Below, piece by piece: positions 25,816 to 35,104 of a DNA stretch of 64,000 nt. A program made the translations under genes and the position numbers. Source of the stretch: an uncultured Desulfovibrionaceae bacterium (GTDB taxonomy: Bacteria > Desulfobacterota > Desulfovibrionia > Desulfovibrionales > Desulfovibrionaceae); contig OW818696.1 in assembly GCA_942493355.1 (NCBI GenBank), forward strand, positions 2,196,350 through 2,260,349, written 5' to 3'. Numbering within the stretch: the first letter of the stretch is position 1; every line of letters begins with the position of its first letter. The notes beneath the pieces are model-generated. The model did not search any database, was not told where the DNA came from, and saw only the letters and a program-made list of their open reading frames with translations.

Positions 25816-27390
25816 GTGGAGCAGCACGAGCCGGAAGGGCCACACATGGAGCGCGGAAGCAGGCCGGAGTGGCCCGACCGCCTGAACGCCTATTTCGCCG
25901 CCCTGCGCCCGCTGAAGGAGCGCGGCGCCATGCGCGAGGTGCTGGAGCGCGAGCTGCTGCTTTCCTTCATCGCCGTCAACAGCGGGGGCATCAGCGAGTA
26001 TCCGCTGCTGGAAAAGCAGCAGCAGAGCATCGTGAACACCCTGTGCCGCCGCCTGGACCACCCCGCCGATGCCGTGCTGCGCAAGCTGGCCGCCAATTTT
26101 CCCCTGCTGCTCAACCGTCTGGACAAGGAACTGGCCGGCGGCGACGAGGCCGCCCTGAGCCTGGCCACGGCCCAGGCGCGCAACACCGAGTCGTTGCTGA
26201 TGAAGAGCGTGCAGGGCATGGTGTTCGCCATGGGCCTCACCACCGACAACTTCGAAGAACTCATCATGCGTCACTTCGGTGGCCCGGGCCTCTCGCAGTT
26301 TGGCGACATCATCAAGAACAACGAGTTCGACCAGGGCTTCTGGCGCGAATTCGTCGAACGCTTCATCGCCAACCACGTGGCCGATGGCTACGAGCACCTG
26401 ACCGACTCCGGCAAGTTCCAGCTTTCCAAGGACGGCCAGCAGGTGGTGGTGCGCTTTTTGTTCGACGACGTGCTGGCCACCCTGCACGACTCGCCGGGCG
26501 TCATCGAGAAGACCCGCGTGCAGGCCGCCTTCGAGGCCGCAAGCGCGGACGACGGCGAGAGCCAGGCCCGCCGCAAGGTGGTGCAGGCCTGCTTGCTTAA
26601 GGGGCTGGCGTTTTTGCCCAGCGAGCTGCTGCTGGAGTATGTGGAAAGCGCCGCGCTCATCGTGTGCATGGACCCCGTGGCCAAGAGCCTGTATCGGTCC
26701 ATGCAGGCGCGGGCGGCGGGCCAGCCGCACCCGGAGGACGAGAAGCACCCCCTGCCCTTTTTGATGGAACAGAGCGTGGCCCTGGCCCTGGGGGCTATTC
26801 TGGTGCTCAGCCAGTCGCGGGAGCAGTTCCTGGCCGCCCTTGGCTCCCTGCGCTCCGATGAACTGGACGCCGTGCGCGCCCTGGCCCAGGGGCTGTCCAT
26901 TGAGTCTTTGGAGCGCGTGCTGTTCTTTTTGCTGGAGAGCGCCTTTGTGGGCCACCTGCGGGAGAAAGCCCGCGATGAGGGCGCCAAGGTGACGGTGCGC
27001 AGTGTTTCGGCCCGGCGCTGCCCCGTGCCCGCCGTGGACGCCCTGGCCTCGCGCGGCATGACGCGCATCCGCAAAAGCCAGCTGTGGACCCAGGACCCCA
27101 CCCGTGGCGACATGCTGCTGTTCAAGACCAAGAACGTGCAGCAGCTGAGCTCGCTGATGCAGGTGCTGCAACTGGAGGAGCCGCTCCAGGCGCTGGTGCG
27201 CGCCCTGTGGGACCGCGCCCCGCTGCGGCGCGACTTCCTGGTGGTCATCGACCTGGCCCAGGTGGCCCGCACCACGCAGAACGTGAAGGCCAAGCTCGCG
27301 GAGATTCTGGGCAAGTTCCGCGTGATGCCGCAGGCGCCGCCCCCGCCGGTTCCCGGCGCCGTGCAGGAAGCCCCTGCGGAGCCCGCTTAG
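25816..27390 (+). CDS. large soluble protein of unknown function (524 aa)
   Basis: Balanced amino-acid composition and GC3-rich host codons, in contrast to the low-complexity antisense ORF 25540-27171. Start uncertain (GTG 25816 or ATG 25846). No motif I recognise. Confidence 0.7.
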   Translation: MEQHEPEGPHMERGSRPEWPDRLNAYFAALRPLKERGAMREVLERELLLSFIAVNSGGISEYPLLEKQQQSIVNTLCRRLDHPADAVLRKLAANFPLLLNRLDKELAGGDEAALSLATAQARNTESLLMKSVQGMVFAMGLTTDNFEELIMRHFGGPGLSQFGDIIKNNEFDQGFWREFVERFIANHVADGYEHLTDSGKFQLSKDGQQVVVRFLFDDVLATLHDSPGVIEKTRVQAAFEAASADDGESQARRKVVQACLLKGLAFLPSELLLEYVESAALIVCMDPVAKSLYRSMQARAAGQPHPEDEKHPLPFLMEQSVALALGAILVLSQSREQFLAALGSLRSDELDAVRALAQGLSIESLERVLFFLLESAFVGHLREKARDEGAKVTVRSVSARRCPVPAVDALASRGMTRIRKSQLWTQDPTRGDMLLFKTKNVQQLSSLMQVLQLEEPLQALVRALWDRAPLRRDFLVVIDLAQVARTTQNVKAKLAEILGKFRVMPQAPPPPVPGAVQEAPAEPA

Positions 27391-27457
27391 CTCAGGCGGA
27401 GCCCGCTTAGCCCCCGTGCAGCCGCTTAGCTCAGTCGAACCCGCTTAAGCCCCCGTC
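27376..27457. repeat. four degenerate ~20-bp direct repeats (core CCGCTTAG/CCGCTTAA) that include the gene's stop codon
   Basis: GCGGAGCCCGCTTAGCTCAG / GCGGAGCCCGCTTAGCCCCCGT / GCAGCCGCTTAGCTCAGTC / GAACCCGCTTAAGCCCCCGTC. Confidence 0.8.
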
Positions 27458-27461
27458 AAAG

Positions 27462-27484
27462 AAAAAGGCCGCCAAAAGGCGGCC
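27462..27484 (-). terminator. rho-independent terminator after purU
   Basis: GGCCGCC-AAAA-GGCGGCC hairpin (27467-27484), followed on the minus strand by TTTTT (27462-27466). Confidence 0.55.
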
Positions 27485-27497
27485 CTGTTCCCCTCGC

Positions 27498-28478
27498 CTA
27501 GGCGAAGACGATGGTCTTGTTGCCGTCCACCAGCACACGGTCCTCCAGGTGCCAGCGCACCGCGCGGGAGAGCACCTGGCGCTCGATGTCGCGCCCGAGC
27601 AGCTTGAGTTCGTCCAGCCGGTGCCGGTGCGACACGCGGATGACGTCCTGCTCGATGATGGGGCCCTTGTCCAGCCTGCCGGTGACGTAGTGCGCCGTGG
27701 CGCCGATGAGCTTGACCCCCCGCTCGCTGGCGCGGCGGTACGGGTCGGCCCCCTCGAAGGCGGGCAGGAAGGAGTGGTGGATGTTGATGATGCGCTGCGG
27801 AAAGCGCTTCACGAAGGCCGGAGTGAGGATGCGCATGTAGCGCGCCAGCACGATGAAATCCACCGGGCCGCCCGGCTGGCCGTCCAAAATCTCCATCATG
27901 CGCTCCTCCGGAATGGAGAGGCCGCGCGTGCGCGGGGCGTCGCCCGCCTCGGGCACGTGCACATGCTGGAACTGCACGCCAAAGGACTCCACGGCGCGGC
28001 CCAGGTCCGGGTGGTTGCTGATGACCACGGGAACCTCGGCGTGCATTTCGCCGCGCCCCACGCGCCACAACAGGTCCATCAGGGCGTGGTCCTGGCGGGA
28101 GACGAGCACGGCCATGCGCTTTTTGCGCCGGGCCGAAACAAGCTGCCACTTCATGTCGTAGTTGGCCGCCACCTCGCGGCCAAAGTCCCGGGCGAGCTCG
28201 TCGATGCGGCCCTCCAGCCCCGGCAGGTAGAACTCCTGCCGCAGGAAGAACCGCCCGCCCTCCGGGTCGGTGGAGTGCTGGTCGGAATGGGTGATGTTGA
28301 CGCCGCGCTGATGCAGAAAGCCGCTCACCGCGGCCACGATGCCGGAGCGGTCCGGGCAGGTGACCAGCAGGCGGGCGCTCCCGGCCTGGGCCGGGGCGTG
28401 GGGCTTGCACGCGGAAACGTGCCCGGCGGCCTGTGTGGGGGCAGGGCCGGGACGGGGGGAGGTGGCCTTGGCGGTCAT
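27498..28478 (-). CDS. purU: formyltetrahydrofolate deformylase
   Basis: Start MTAKATS at ATG 28478. ACT domain (LLVTCPDRSGIVAAVSGFL) plus formyl-transferase domain (INIHHSFLPAF, ATAHYV). Confidence 0.92.
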   Translation of the reverse strand: MTAKATSPRPGPAPTQAAGHVSACKPHAPAQAGSARLLVTCPDRSGIVAAVSGFLHQRGVNITHSDQHSTDPEGGRFFLRQEFYLPGLEGRIDELARDFGREVAANYDMKWQLVSARRKKRMAVLVSRQDHALMDLLWRVGRGEMHAEVPVVISNHPDLGRAVESFGVQFQHVHVPEAGDAPRTRGLSIPEERMMEILDGQPGGPVDFIVLARYMRILTPAFVKRFPQRIINIHHSFLPAFEGADPYRRASERGVKLIGATAHYVTGRLDKGPIIEQDVIRVSHRHRLDELKLLGRDIERQVLSRAVRWHLEDRVLVDGNKTIVFA

Positions 28479-28483
28479 GGGGC

Positions 28484-28741
28484 TTACGCTTCCTCCCCGA
28501 AGAGGGCTGCGGCCTTGGCCGCGAGGCTCTGGTCCGCGCCGGCTCCAGAGCCGCCGCCACCGGTTCCCATGGCCGCGGCAAGCCCGGCGAGTGTGCCCGC
28601 CGCGCCGCAGTAGCCTTTGTCGCCGCCGGGGCCAAAGCGCCACATCATACACATGCTGCCCAGGCAGAACTTGAGCTTGTCGTCATGGGTCTTCAGCAGC
28701 GGGCAGTACTTGAACTTGGCGTCGGTCTCGGCAAGCAGCAT
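28484..28741 (-). CDS. small Cys- and Gly/Ala-rich protein (85 aa), unknown function
   Basis: ATG 28741 preceded by GGAGA. GC3-rich host codons. Stop TAA 28484-28486 lies 5 nt before the purU ATG. Confidence 0.55.
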   Translation of the reverse strand: MLLAETDAKFKYCPLLKTHDDKLKFCLGSMCMMWRFGPGGDKGYCGAAGTLAGLAAAMGTGGGGSGAGADQSLAAKAAALFGEEA

Positions 28742-28770
28742 GGCGTCTCCGTATGGTTGCTGGCGCGGGC

Positions 28771-29940
28771 CTAAAGGGCCTTGGCCGTGGGGGCGGCGGG
28801 GAAGTCCACCAGCGGGCGCTTGCCCAGGCGGCTCTTCAGGTACTCCACCAGGATGGCGCTCACGCGCTCCTCGCGGTTCATGATCTTGGCGTACTTGCCG
28901 CCCTCAACCACCTTCTGGAACTCGCTCTTGTTCATGGCCGGGGAGGTTTTGGCGATGTTCTCGATGGCCACGGCGTAGGCGTTGATCTTGCGCTCCAGCT
29001 CGGCGTCGCTCAGGTTGGAAAGCTCGCGCACGCGCAGGGCCAATTCGTCGGGGTCGGGCAGCTTGTCCGACTCCACGATGCGCTTGAAGGCGTTGGCGTA
29101 GCGGGTGGCGCCGTCGTTGATGTGATCCTTCATCACCACGTTCATGCCAGCCCAACCGGCGCGCAGCCACTTGAAGAGCATGAAGGTGGTCTGGTTCGGG
29201 CTGTCCTCTATGAACACCTGCACCGAGGCGGAGTCGTACATGTACGTGTCGGCCCAGCCGATGAGGCCCTTGTTCAGCCCATTGATGCCGGAGTAGAAGT
29301 AGCTCCACTCGCCGTCATCCAGAATAACGGCCTTTTTGCCCACGGTGGACTTGTCCTTTTGCTTGGACACGGAGATGAGCACGTTCTTGCCGTTGTATTT
29401 GGTGAGGATGATGAGGCGGTTGAGGTCGTAGCGGTAGTAGCCGCCGCCGAAGGAGTCCGGCGCGTTGACCTCGTACTCCGTGCCCCAGAGGGCCACGGGC
29501 TTGTCCAGCTTGCCCAGGTGCAGCCAGGGCTTGGGATCCTTGTTGATGATGTCGCTTCCGGCATACCAGCCGCCCAGGCGCAGCACGCTGGGGAAGAGCA
29601 GGTAGTTGGGGATGGCCGGGTTGTAGCAGTAGCGCATCATGCGCGACAAGGAGGTCTTCATGGTCATGCGCAGCACGCTGCCGTTGCCGTCGATGCGTTT
29701 ATTGGGCACCAGGGTGCGGCCATCGCCGGAGGTTTTGCTGACGAAATCGAGCAGGGCGTCGTAGTCGCCGGGGTTCACGGCGCTGTGCTTGTGTTGGTTC
29801 AGCTCCAGCAGCGCGCCGATGTCCTGCTCCACGGTCGCGGGCAGGGCTGCCAGGGCGGCGCAGGGAAGAAGCACAAAGGCCAGGACAAGGCTTACAAAAA
29901 AGTGTCCGCGCGTGGTACGGGCGGTATGGATCGAGGTCAT
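28771..29940 (-). CDS. secreted protein of unknown function (389 aa)
   Basis: Start MTSIHTARTTRGHFFVSLVLAFVLLPCAALAALP (signal peptide) at ATG 29940. Globular, Tyr/Asn/Lys-rich middle region. No recognisable family. Confidence 0.7.
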   Translation of the reverse strand: MTSIHTARTTRGHFFVSLVLAFVLLPCAALAALPATVEQDIGALLELNQHKHSAVNPGDYDALLDFVSKTSGDGRTLVPNKRIDGNGSVLRMTMKTSLSRMMRYCYNPAIPNYLLFPSVLRLGGWYAGSDIINKDPKPWLHLGKLDKPVALWGTEYEVNAPDSFGGGYYRYDLNRLIILTKYNGKNVLISVSKQKDKSTVGKKAVILDDGEWSYFYSGINGLNKGLIGWADTYMYDSASVQVFIEDSPNQTTFMLFKWLRAGWAGMNVVMKDHINDGATRYANAFKRIVESDKLPDPDELALRVRELSNLSDAELERKINAYAVAIENIAKTSPAMNKSEFQKVVEGGKYAKIMNREERVSAILVEYLKSRLGKRPLVDFPAAPTAKAL

Positions 29941-29997
29941 CGGTAACCCTCTGGTATGGCGGCGGATGTGGCGAAGTGCCTCCCGCCTGGACCCTAC

Positions 29998-30026
29998 AAT
30001 ATAATGACGATTGTGGCGGCTGGCAA
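29998..30026 (-). promoter_or_regulatory. sigma-70-like promoter for the 389-aa / 85-aa / purU operon
   Basis: On the minus strand, TTGCCA (30021-30026) - exact 17-nt spacer - TATATT (29998-30003), ~55 nt upstream of the ATG at 29940. Confidence 0.45.
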
Positions 30027-30171
30027 GCAATGCGTTGGGGGGGCGCGCGTGGCGGTTCTGACTGCTCTGGCGGTGGATTGAGCTATGGTTCCCTTCCACC
30101 CTGAAACAGGCTAAACGCAGGATGCGGGCGCGATGAGTCCTGCCCGCGAAATTCCTTTTCCGGGGTGCCAC

Positions 30172-30918
30172 ATGTCCTTTCCCTTGGCCGTGCTCGTCTC
30201 TGGAGGCGGTTCCAACCTCCAGTCCATCCTTGATAAAATCGACTCCGGCGCCTTGCCAGCCGAGGTTCGCGTGGTGCTTTCCAACAAGCCGGACGCCTAT
30301 GGCCTGACGCGGGCGCGGGAGCGCGGTATTCCGGCCGTGGCCCTGCCCCATGCGGACTTCCCCACGCGCGCGGCCTTTGATGCGGAGATGGTCCGCGTCA
30401 TCAACGCCCATGGCGTGGACGCCAAGGTAGGGGCGGTGGTGCTGGCCGGGTTCATGCGCATGCTCACCCCGGAGTTCCTGCGCGCCTTCCCCCAGCGGGT
30501 GGTCAACATCCACCCCGCGCTGCTGCCCAGCTTTCCCGGCACCCACGGCGCGCGCGACGCGGCCGACTATGGCGTACGCCTGGCCGGGTGCACCGTGCAT
30601 TTCGTGGATGAAATCATGGACCACGGCCCGGTGATCATCCAGGCGGCCGTGCCCGCGCTTCCCGGGGAGGGCGGCGATGCCTTGGCCGCGCGCATCCTGG
30701 CCCTGGAGCACTGCATCTACCCCCAGGCCATCGGCTGGTTGGCCCAGGGCCGTCTGGCCATCGAGGGCCGCCACGTGCGCCTTTCCGCGCCCGCCGCCCC
30801 CGCGCCCGCCGCCCCCGCGCCCGCCGCCCCCGCAGCCGTGCCCCTGGCCAGCTGGGGCGGTGCGGAACGCCCGTATCTCGTCAGCCCGGGCCTGGAGCCG
30901 GGCTTCCTGCCCAGATAA
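30172..30918 (+). CDS. purN: phosphoribosylglycinamide formyltransferase with a ~45-aa Pro/Ala-rich C-terminal extension
   Basis: LAVLVSGGGSNLQSI, NIHPALLPSFPG, GCTVHFVDE. ATG 30172. Confidence 0.92.
   Translation: MSFPLAVLVSGGGSNLQSILDKIDSGALPAEVRVVLSNKPDAYGLTRARERGIPAVALPHADFPTRAAFDAEMVRVINAHGVDAKVGAVVLAGFMRMLTPEFLRAFPQRVVNIHPALLPSFPGTHGARDAADYGVRLAGCTVHFVDEIMDHGPVIIQAAVPALPGEGGDALAARILALEHCIYPQAIGWLAQGRLAIEGRHVRLSAPAAPAPAAPAPAAPAAVPLASWGGAERPYLVSPGLEPGFLPR
30787..30832. repeat. 3 x 15-bp tandem repeat (GCGCCCGCCGCCCCC) in the purN 3' extension
   Basis: Read directly. Encodes APAAPAPAAPAPAAPAA. Confidence 0.85.
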
Positions 30919-30932
30919 CCACAGCGCCGGAG

Positions 30933-31502
30933 GTGTCCGTGGAGCGATTCCGCCTGAGTCTGACCGACGAGGAAAAACGCTACCTGAAAGAGCTGGTGCG
31001 CCTGTCCATCGCCCGCCGTCTGGCAGCCACACCCGGCACCCTGGCCGCCACACCGCCCGAGCCGCCCACGGAGCTGCTGCGCCGCGAGCTTGGGGCTTTT
31101 GTCACCCTGACGCTTGAGGGCAACCTGCGCGGCTGCATCGGCAACGTGCTGGGCAGCGGCCCGCTGTACCAAACCGTGTGGAACATGGCCCAGTCCGCCG
31201 CCTTTGAGGACCCGCGCTTTCCCCCGGTGACGCAGCGGGAGTTCGACGCCCTGAGTGTGGATATCTCCATTCTGGGCCCGGTGGAGCCCTGCCCGGACCC
31301 CGCCGAGGTGGTCGTGGGTCGCCATGGGCTCATCATGAGCCGGGGCGGGCGTTCCGGCCTGCTGCTGCCGCAGGTGCCGGTGGAGTGGGGCTGGACCCGC
31401 GAGCAGTTCCTGGCCCAAACCTGCCGCAAGGCCGGGCTGCCCGAGAGCGCCTGGCGGGATCCGGGAACCCAGGTCTTCTGGTTCGAGGCCGAGGTGTTCT
31501 AG
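30933..31502 (+). CDS. AMMECR1-domain protein
   Basis: GAFVTLTLEGNLRGCIGN, DPRFPPV, GLLLPQV. GTG start at 30933 or 30939. Confidence 0.88.
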   Translation: MSVERFRLSLTDEEKRYLKELVRLSIARRLAATPGTLAATPPEPPTELLRRELGAFVTLTLEGNLRGCIGNVLGSGPLYQTVWNMAQSAAFEDPRFPPVTQREFDALSVDISILGPVEPCPDPAEVVVGRHGLIMSRGGRSGLLLPQVPVEWGWTREQFLAQTCRKAGLPESAWRDPGTQVFWFEAEVF

Positions 31503-31569
31503 CGAAAAAACCGATTGATACTGCGAAAAACATGGATGACTTTGACATATTCGTTTCTCTGGTGTTACA

Positions 31570-31600
31570 CCTTCAGGTAATCGTATGTAGTGCCGATATG
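31570..31600 (+). promoter_or_regulatory. possible sigma-28 (FliA)-type promoter upstream of the second MCP gene
   Basis: GCCGATAT (31592-31599) matches the GCCGATAA -10 consensus 7/8 and sits ~50 nt before the start codon. The -35 TAAA element is poor (TCAG). Confidence 0.3.
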
Positions 31601-31649
31601 CTCCAAGAGTAGTCGCACTTGCGAAATACACCTCTCCCCGGAGGCACCT

Positions 31650-33662
31650 GTGAAGCGTATCACCATCAAAATGCTCTTGGCTGTGCTGGCCCTGTCCGCG
31701 CTGGCCGGCTTTGCTACAACACTCGCGCTGTTTACCTACAATTCCAATAGGGTAAACACAACCTTCGAGTACATGCTCAACGTTGAGGAAGCTCTTCTCG
31801 GCAGCCTGCAGGAGATGTATGCCCAGGGGCTGCAAACCGAGCAGGCCACGCGCAACGTCGTCCTCAACCCCGGCGATAAGAAGGCCCGCGAGAACTACGA
31901 GGCCGCCCACGGCAAGTTCCGCAAGGCGCTCGAGGAGGCCGCCGCCCTGGCCAAGGGCGAGATGAAGACGGAGCTGGGCAAGCTGACCCCGCTGTGGGAC
32001 GAGGGCCACGCCCTCAAGACAGAGGTGATGACCCTGGCGGCGGACGGCAAGGGCCAGGACGCCATCGCGCTTTTGAACACCAAGGAAACCAAGAAGTGGC
32101 GCGAGACCAAGGACATCATCCAGAAGCAGATCGAGCTGCAGGCCAAGAAGTCCAAGGCCGCCTACGCCGCCTATAAGGCTGAGGACGACCACATGTTCTG
32201 GGTCGTGGTGGGTGTGGGCGTCATTATGCTCGTGGGCATGGCCCTGGCGCTGCTCGTGGGCGCGCGCATGATTCTGAAGCCCTTGCAGTCCATCCGCGGC
32301 TTTGCCCAGTGCCAGGCCGGCGGCGACTTCAACACCTGCCTTGAGGGCGAGTTCTACGGCGAAATGCGCGAGGTGGGCGAGGCGCTGCAAGCCATGAGCG
32401 CCAAGGTGCAGGAGTCACTGGGCTTCACCCAGGGCGTGCTGCGCGGCATAGCCACCCCGTATGTGGTGGTGGATGAAAAAGCCACCTTGCTCATGACCAA
32501 CCAGTCCCTGGTCGACATCCTCCAGCACGACGGCAAGCCCGAGAACTACATCGGCCAGCATGTGGCCCACTTCTTCTACGGCGACGCCAAGCGCGAAACC
32601 GTGCTCTCCGTCGCCATGCGGGAAAACAAGACCATCCTGCGCGAGGTGGACCTGACGGGCCGCAAGGGCGCCACCCGCCGCATCAACATCGCCGCCTCGC
32701 CCCTGTACAATGCCATCACCGGCCAGCTCATGGGCGCGCTGTGCCTGTATACCGACCTTACCGAACTGCGCGAGAAGGAAGCGCGCATTGTGGCGCAGAG
32801 CGAGGCCGTGACCCAGGCCGCCAAGAGCGCCGAGGACATCATGCGCTCCCTCACCGACCACACCGCCCGCCTGGCCACGCTCATCAGCGAGGTGGAGGAC
32901 GGAGCGGCGCAGCAGCGCGAGCGCGTGGCCCACACCTCCTCCGCCATGACCGAGATGAGCGACTCCATCCGCTCCGCCGCGGAAAGCGCCGCCGGAGCCG
33001 CCAACGGCGCGGATGACGCCGCCGAAAAGGCCCGTAGCGGCGCGGGCGTGGTCCAGCAGGTGCGCAACTCCGTGGAGCAGGTGCAAACCCAGGCCCTGGC
33101 CCTCAAGGTGGAAATGGGCGGCCTGGGCAAGCAGGCCGAGGCCATCGGCCAGATCATGAACGTTATTTCAGACATTGCCGACCAGACCAACCTGCTGGCG
33201 CTGAACGCCGCCATTGAAGCGGCGCGCGCGGGCGACGCCGGGCGCGGCTTTGCGGTGGTGGCCGATGAGGTGCGCAAACTGGCCGAGAAGACCATGACCG
33301 CCACCAAGGAAGTGGGCGATGCCATCGCCAGCATCCAGCACGGCACGCGCAGCAACGTGGAGCAGGTGGAAGGCACCGTGCGCACCATCGAGCAGACCTC
33401 CACCCTGGCGGGCAGCTCCGGCGCGGCGCTGAACGAGATCGTCGACCTGGTGACCCGCACCACCGACCAGGTGCGCACCATCGCCGCCGCCGTGGAGGAG
33501 CAGTCCGCCACCAGCGCGGAGATCAACATGGCCGTGGAATCCATCAACGACATCGCCCAGCGCACGTCCATAGGCATGGACGAGGCCTCGCGCAACGTCG
33601 ACGAGCTGAAGGCCCTGGCCGAGCAGCTGCGCGGCATTGTGGACGGCATGGCCGCCGGGTAG
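31650..33662 (+). CDS. methyl-accepting chemotaxis protein (four-helix-bundle sensor, HAMP, PAS, MA domain)
   Basis: GTG 31650 preceded by CGGAGG. TM1 [14 protein letters not shown]. Signalling hairpin [38 protein letters not shown]. Confidence 0.9.
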   Translation: MKRITIKMLLAVLALSALAGFATTLALFTYNSNRVNTTFEYMLNVEEALLGSLQEMYAQGLQTEQATRNVVLNPGDKKARENYEAAHGKFRKALEEAAALAKGEMKTELGKLTPLWDEGHALKTEVMTLAADGKGQDAIALLNTKETKKWRETKDIIQKQIELQAKKSKAAYAAYKAEDDHMFWVVVGVGVIMLVGMALALLVGARMILKPLQSIRGFAQCQAGGDFNTCLEGEFYGEMREVGEALQAMSAKVQESLGFTQGVLRGIATPYVVVDEKATLLMTNQSLVDILQHDGKPENYIGQHVAHFFYGDAKRETVLSVAMRENKTILREVDLTGRKGATRRINIAASPLYNAITGQLMGALCLYTDLTELREKEARIVAQSEAVTQAAKSAEDIMRSLTDHTARLATLISEVEDGAAQQRERVAHTSSAMTEMSDSIRSAAESAAGAANGADDAAEKARSGAGVVQQVRNSVEQVQTQALALKVEMGGLGKQAEAIGQIMNVISDIADQTNLLALNAAIEAARAGDAGRGFAVVADEVRKLAEKTMTATKEVGDAIASIQHGTRSNVEQVEGTVRTIEQTSTLAGSSGAALNEIVDLVTRTTDQVRTIAAAVEEQSATSAEINMAVESINDIAQRTSIGMDEASRNVDELKALAEQLRGIVDGMAAG

Positions 33663-33685
33663 AGCCCTGGAGAGAGACTGAACGC

Positions 33686-33732
33686 GGGGGCGGGAGGGGG
33701 AACTTTTTACAGAAAGTGCCCCTCCCGCCCCG
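33686..33732 (+). terminator. strong GC hairpin after the MCP gene
   Basis: GGGGCGGGAGGGG (33687-33699) pairs with CCCCTCCCGCCCC (33719-33731). A T-rich tract follows (GTTTGTTTGG). Confidence 0.55.
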
Positions 33733-33755
33733 GACGTTTGTTTGGGTGTCCAAAA

Positions 33756-33796
33756 GCAAAGAGCTCCCCCCGGCCATGCCAGGGGGAGCTCTTTGC
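33756..33796 (-). terminator. terminator hairpin for the convergent hemC/HhH transcription unit
   Basis: GCAAAGAGCTCCCC (33756-33769) pairs with GGGGAGCTCTTTGC (33783-33796). TTTTGG follows on the minus strand. Confidence 0.55.
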
Positions 33797-33890
33797 TTGG
33801 TGGGAGGTCAGTAAGTGAAGCTCATAATTTGAGGACACTGCCAAGAAGTGGAACACGCTTACGAGAGGGCGGCCCTAGGGAACTCTCCCG

Positions 33891-34187
33891 CTAGTCCTTC
33901 CAGTTCCACCATTTCAGGCGCTCGGGGTCGGGTGCGGGCGTTTCGGCGAAGTACACGGCGCAGCGCAGCACGTAGAGCATGCAGCGGTCCACATGCTGCC
34001 CGGCCAGGGTCTCCAGCTGGGCGTACAGCTCCTCCGGGCTTTTGCCGCGCAGATCCTCCACCCGGCGCAGCCCCATCAACCAGAAGTCAACGGCGATGGT
34101 TTTGCCCACGCCGGGAATGCGCCGGAAGTCCTTGAGGACGGCCGGGTCCGGCGTTTGCCCGGGGCTAGCTGCGAGCATATACCTCAT
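33891..34187 (-). CDS. helix-hairpin-helix domain protein (Cdd1/pathogenicity-locus-like)
   Basis: [35 protein letters not shown]. The start (ATG 34187 or 34178) overlaps the hemC 3' end. Confidence 0.6.
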   Translation of the reverse strand: MRYMLAASPGQTPDPAVLKDFRRIPGVGKTIAVDFWLMGLRRVEDLRGKSPEELYAQLETLAGQHVDRCMLYVLRCAVYFAETPAPDPERLKWWNWKD

Positions 34188-35091
34188 CGAGGATGGCCTT
34201 GCCGCCAGCGGCGAGCACCTGCCGGGCCAACTCCGAGCCCAGGTCCCAGGCCTTGCCGGCCGGGCCGGTGGCGACCAGCCTGATGGGGGTTTCGCCGTTC
34301 ACCCCGGCCACAAAGCCCGTGAGGGTGATGGTGTCGCCGTCAAGCTGGCTCCAGGCGGCGATGGGCACCTGGCAGCCGCCGTCCAGGCCGGTGAGGAAGC
34401 CGCGTTCGGCGGCCACCTGGGCGCTGGTTTCGGCGTGGTTCAAAAAGGCCAGCAGCTCGGCCATTTCCGGGCGGTCCTTGCGGTACTCGATGCCGAGGGC
34501 TCCCTGGGCCACGGCGGGCAGAAAGCGCGGCGGGCCGAGTATTTCCATCTTGGGCGCGCTGAGGCCCAGGCGGTTCAGGCCCGCCGTGGCCACCACGATG
34601 GCGTCGAACTGGCCCTCGATGAGCTTGCGCACGCGGGTGTCCAGATTGCCGCGCAGGCTTTCGATGTTCAGGTCGGGCCGCAGGGTCATGAGCTGGGCCT
34701 GCCTGCGCAGGCTGCTGGTGCCCACCTTGGCTCCCTTGGGCAGGGCGTCCAGGCCGTCGTAATTGACGGAAAGCAGGCTGTCGGTGGCGGCCTCGCGCAC
34801 GGGGATGACGCCGACGATGAGCTCCTCGGGCAGCTCGGTGGGCACGTCCTTCATGCTGTGCACGGCGAGGTCGGCGCGGCCGTCCAGCAGCGCTTCCTCG
34901 ATCTCCTTGACGAACAAGCCCTTGCCGCCGACCTTGGCCAGGGGCACATCGAGGATCTTGTCGCCGGTGGTTTTGATTTTGAGCAGCTCGACCTCGAGGC
35001 CGGGGTACTGGGCGCGCAGAAGCGCGGAAATGTGATTGGCCTGCCAAAGGGCCAGCATGCTGCCGCGGGTGGCGATGGTGACTTGTTTCAT
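34165..35091 (-). CDS. hemC: hydroxymethylbilane synthase (porphobilinogen deaminase)
   Basis: [51 protein letters not shown]. Confidence 0.95.
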   Translation of the reverse strand: MKQVTIATRGSMLALWQANHISALLRAQYPGLEVELLKIKTTGDKILDVPLAKVGGKGLFVKEIEEALLDGRADLAVHSMKDVPTELPEELIVGVIPVREAATDSLLSVNYDGLDALPKGAKVGTSSLRRQAQLMTLRPDLNIESLRGNLDTRVRKLIEGQFDAIVVATAGLNRLGLSAPKMEILGPPRFLPAVAQGALGIEYRKDRPEMAELLAFLNHAETSAQVAAERGFLTGLDGGCQVPIAAWSQLDGDTITLTGFVAGVNGETPIRLVATGPAGKAWDLGSELARQVLAAGGKAILDEVYARS

Positions 35092-35104
35092 GTGCTGACC
35101 GGAC

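Noticed and set aside
25540-27171. 543-aa minus-strand ORF opposite the 524-aa unknown gene
   Set aside because: Here neither strand has a recognisable family, so I compared composition. The minus ORF is Q/H/G/A/R-rich and repetitive (QHLHQRAQLLHVLGLEQQH...). The plus ORF has balanced composition and GC3-biased codons, so the plus strand was chosen.
25743-27457. CRISPR-like arrays
   Set aside because: The tandem repeats at 25743-25798 and 27376-27457 (and at 51911-51952) are 14-20 bp units lying head to tail without unique spacers, and no cas genes are present. They are not CRISPR.
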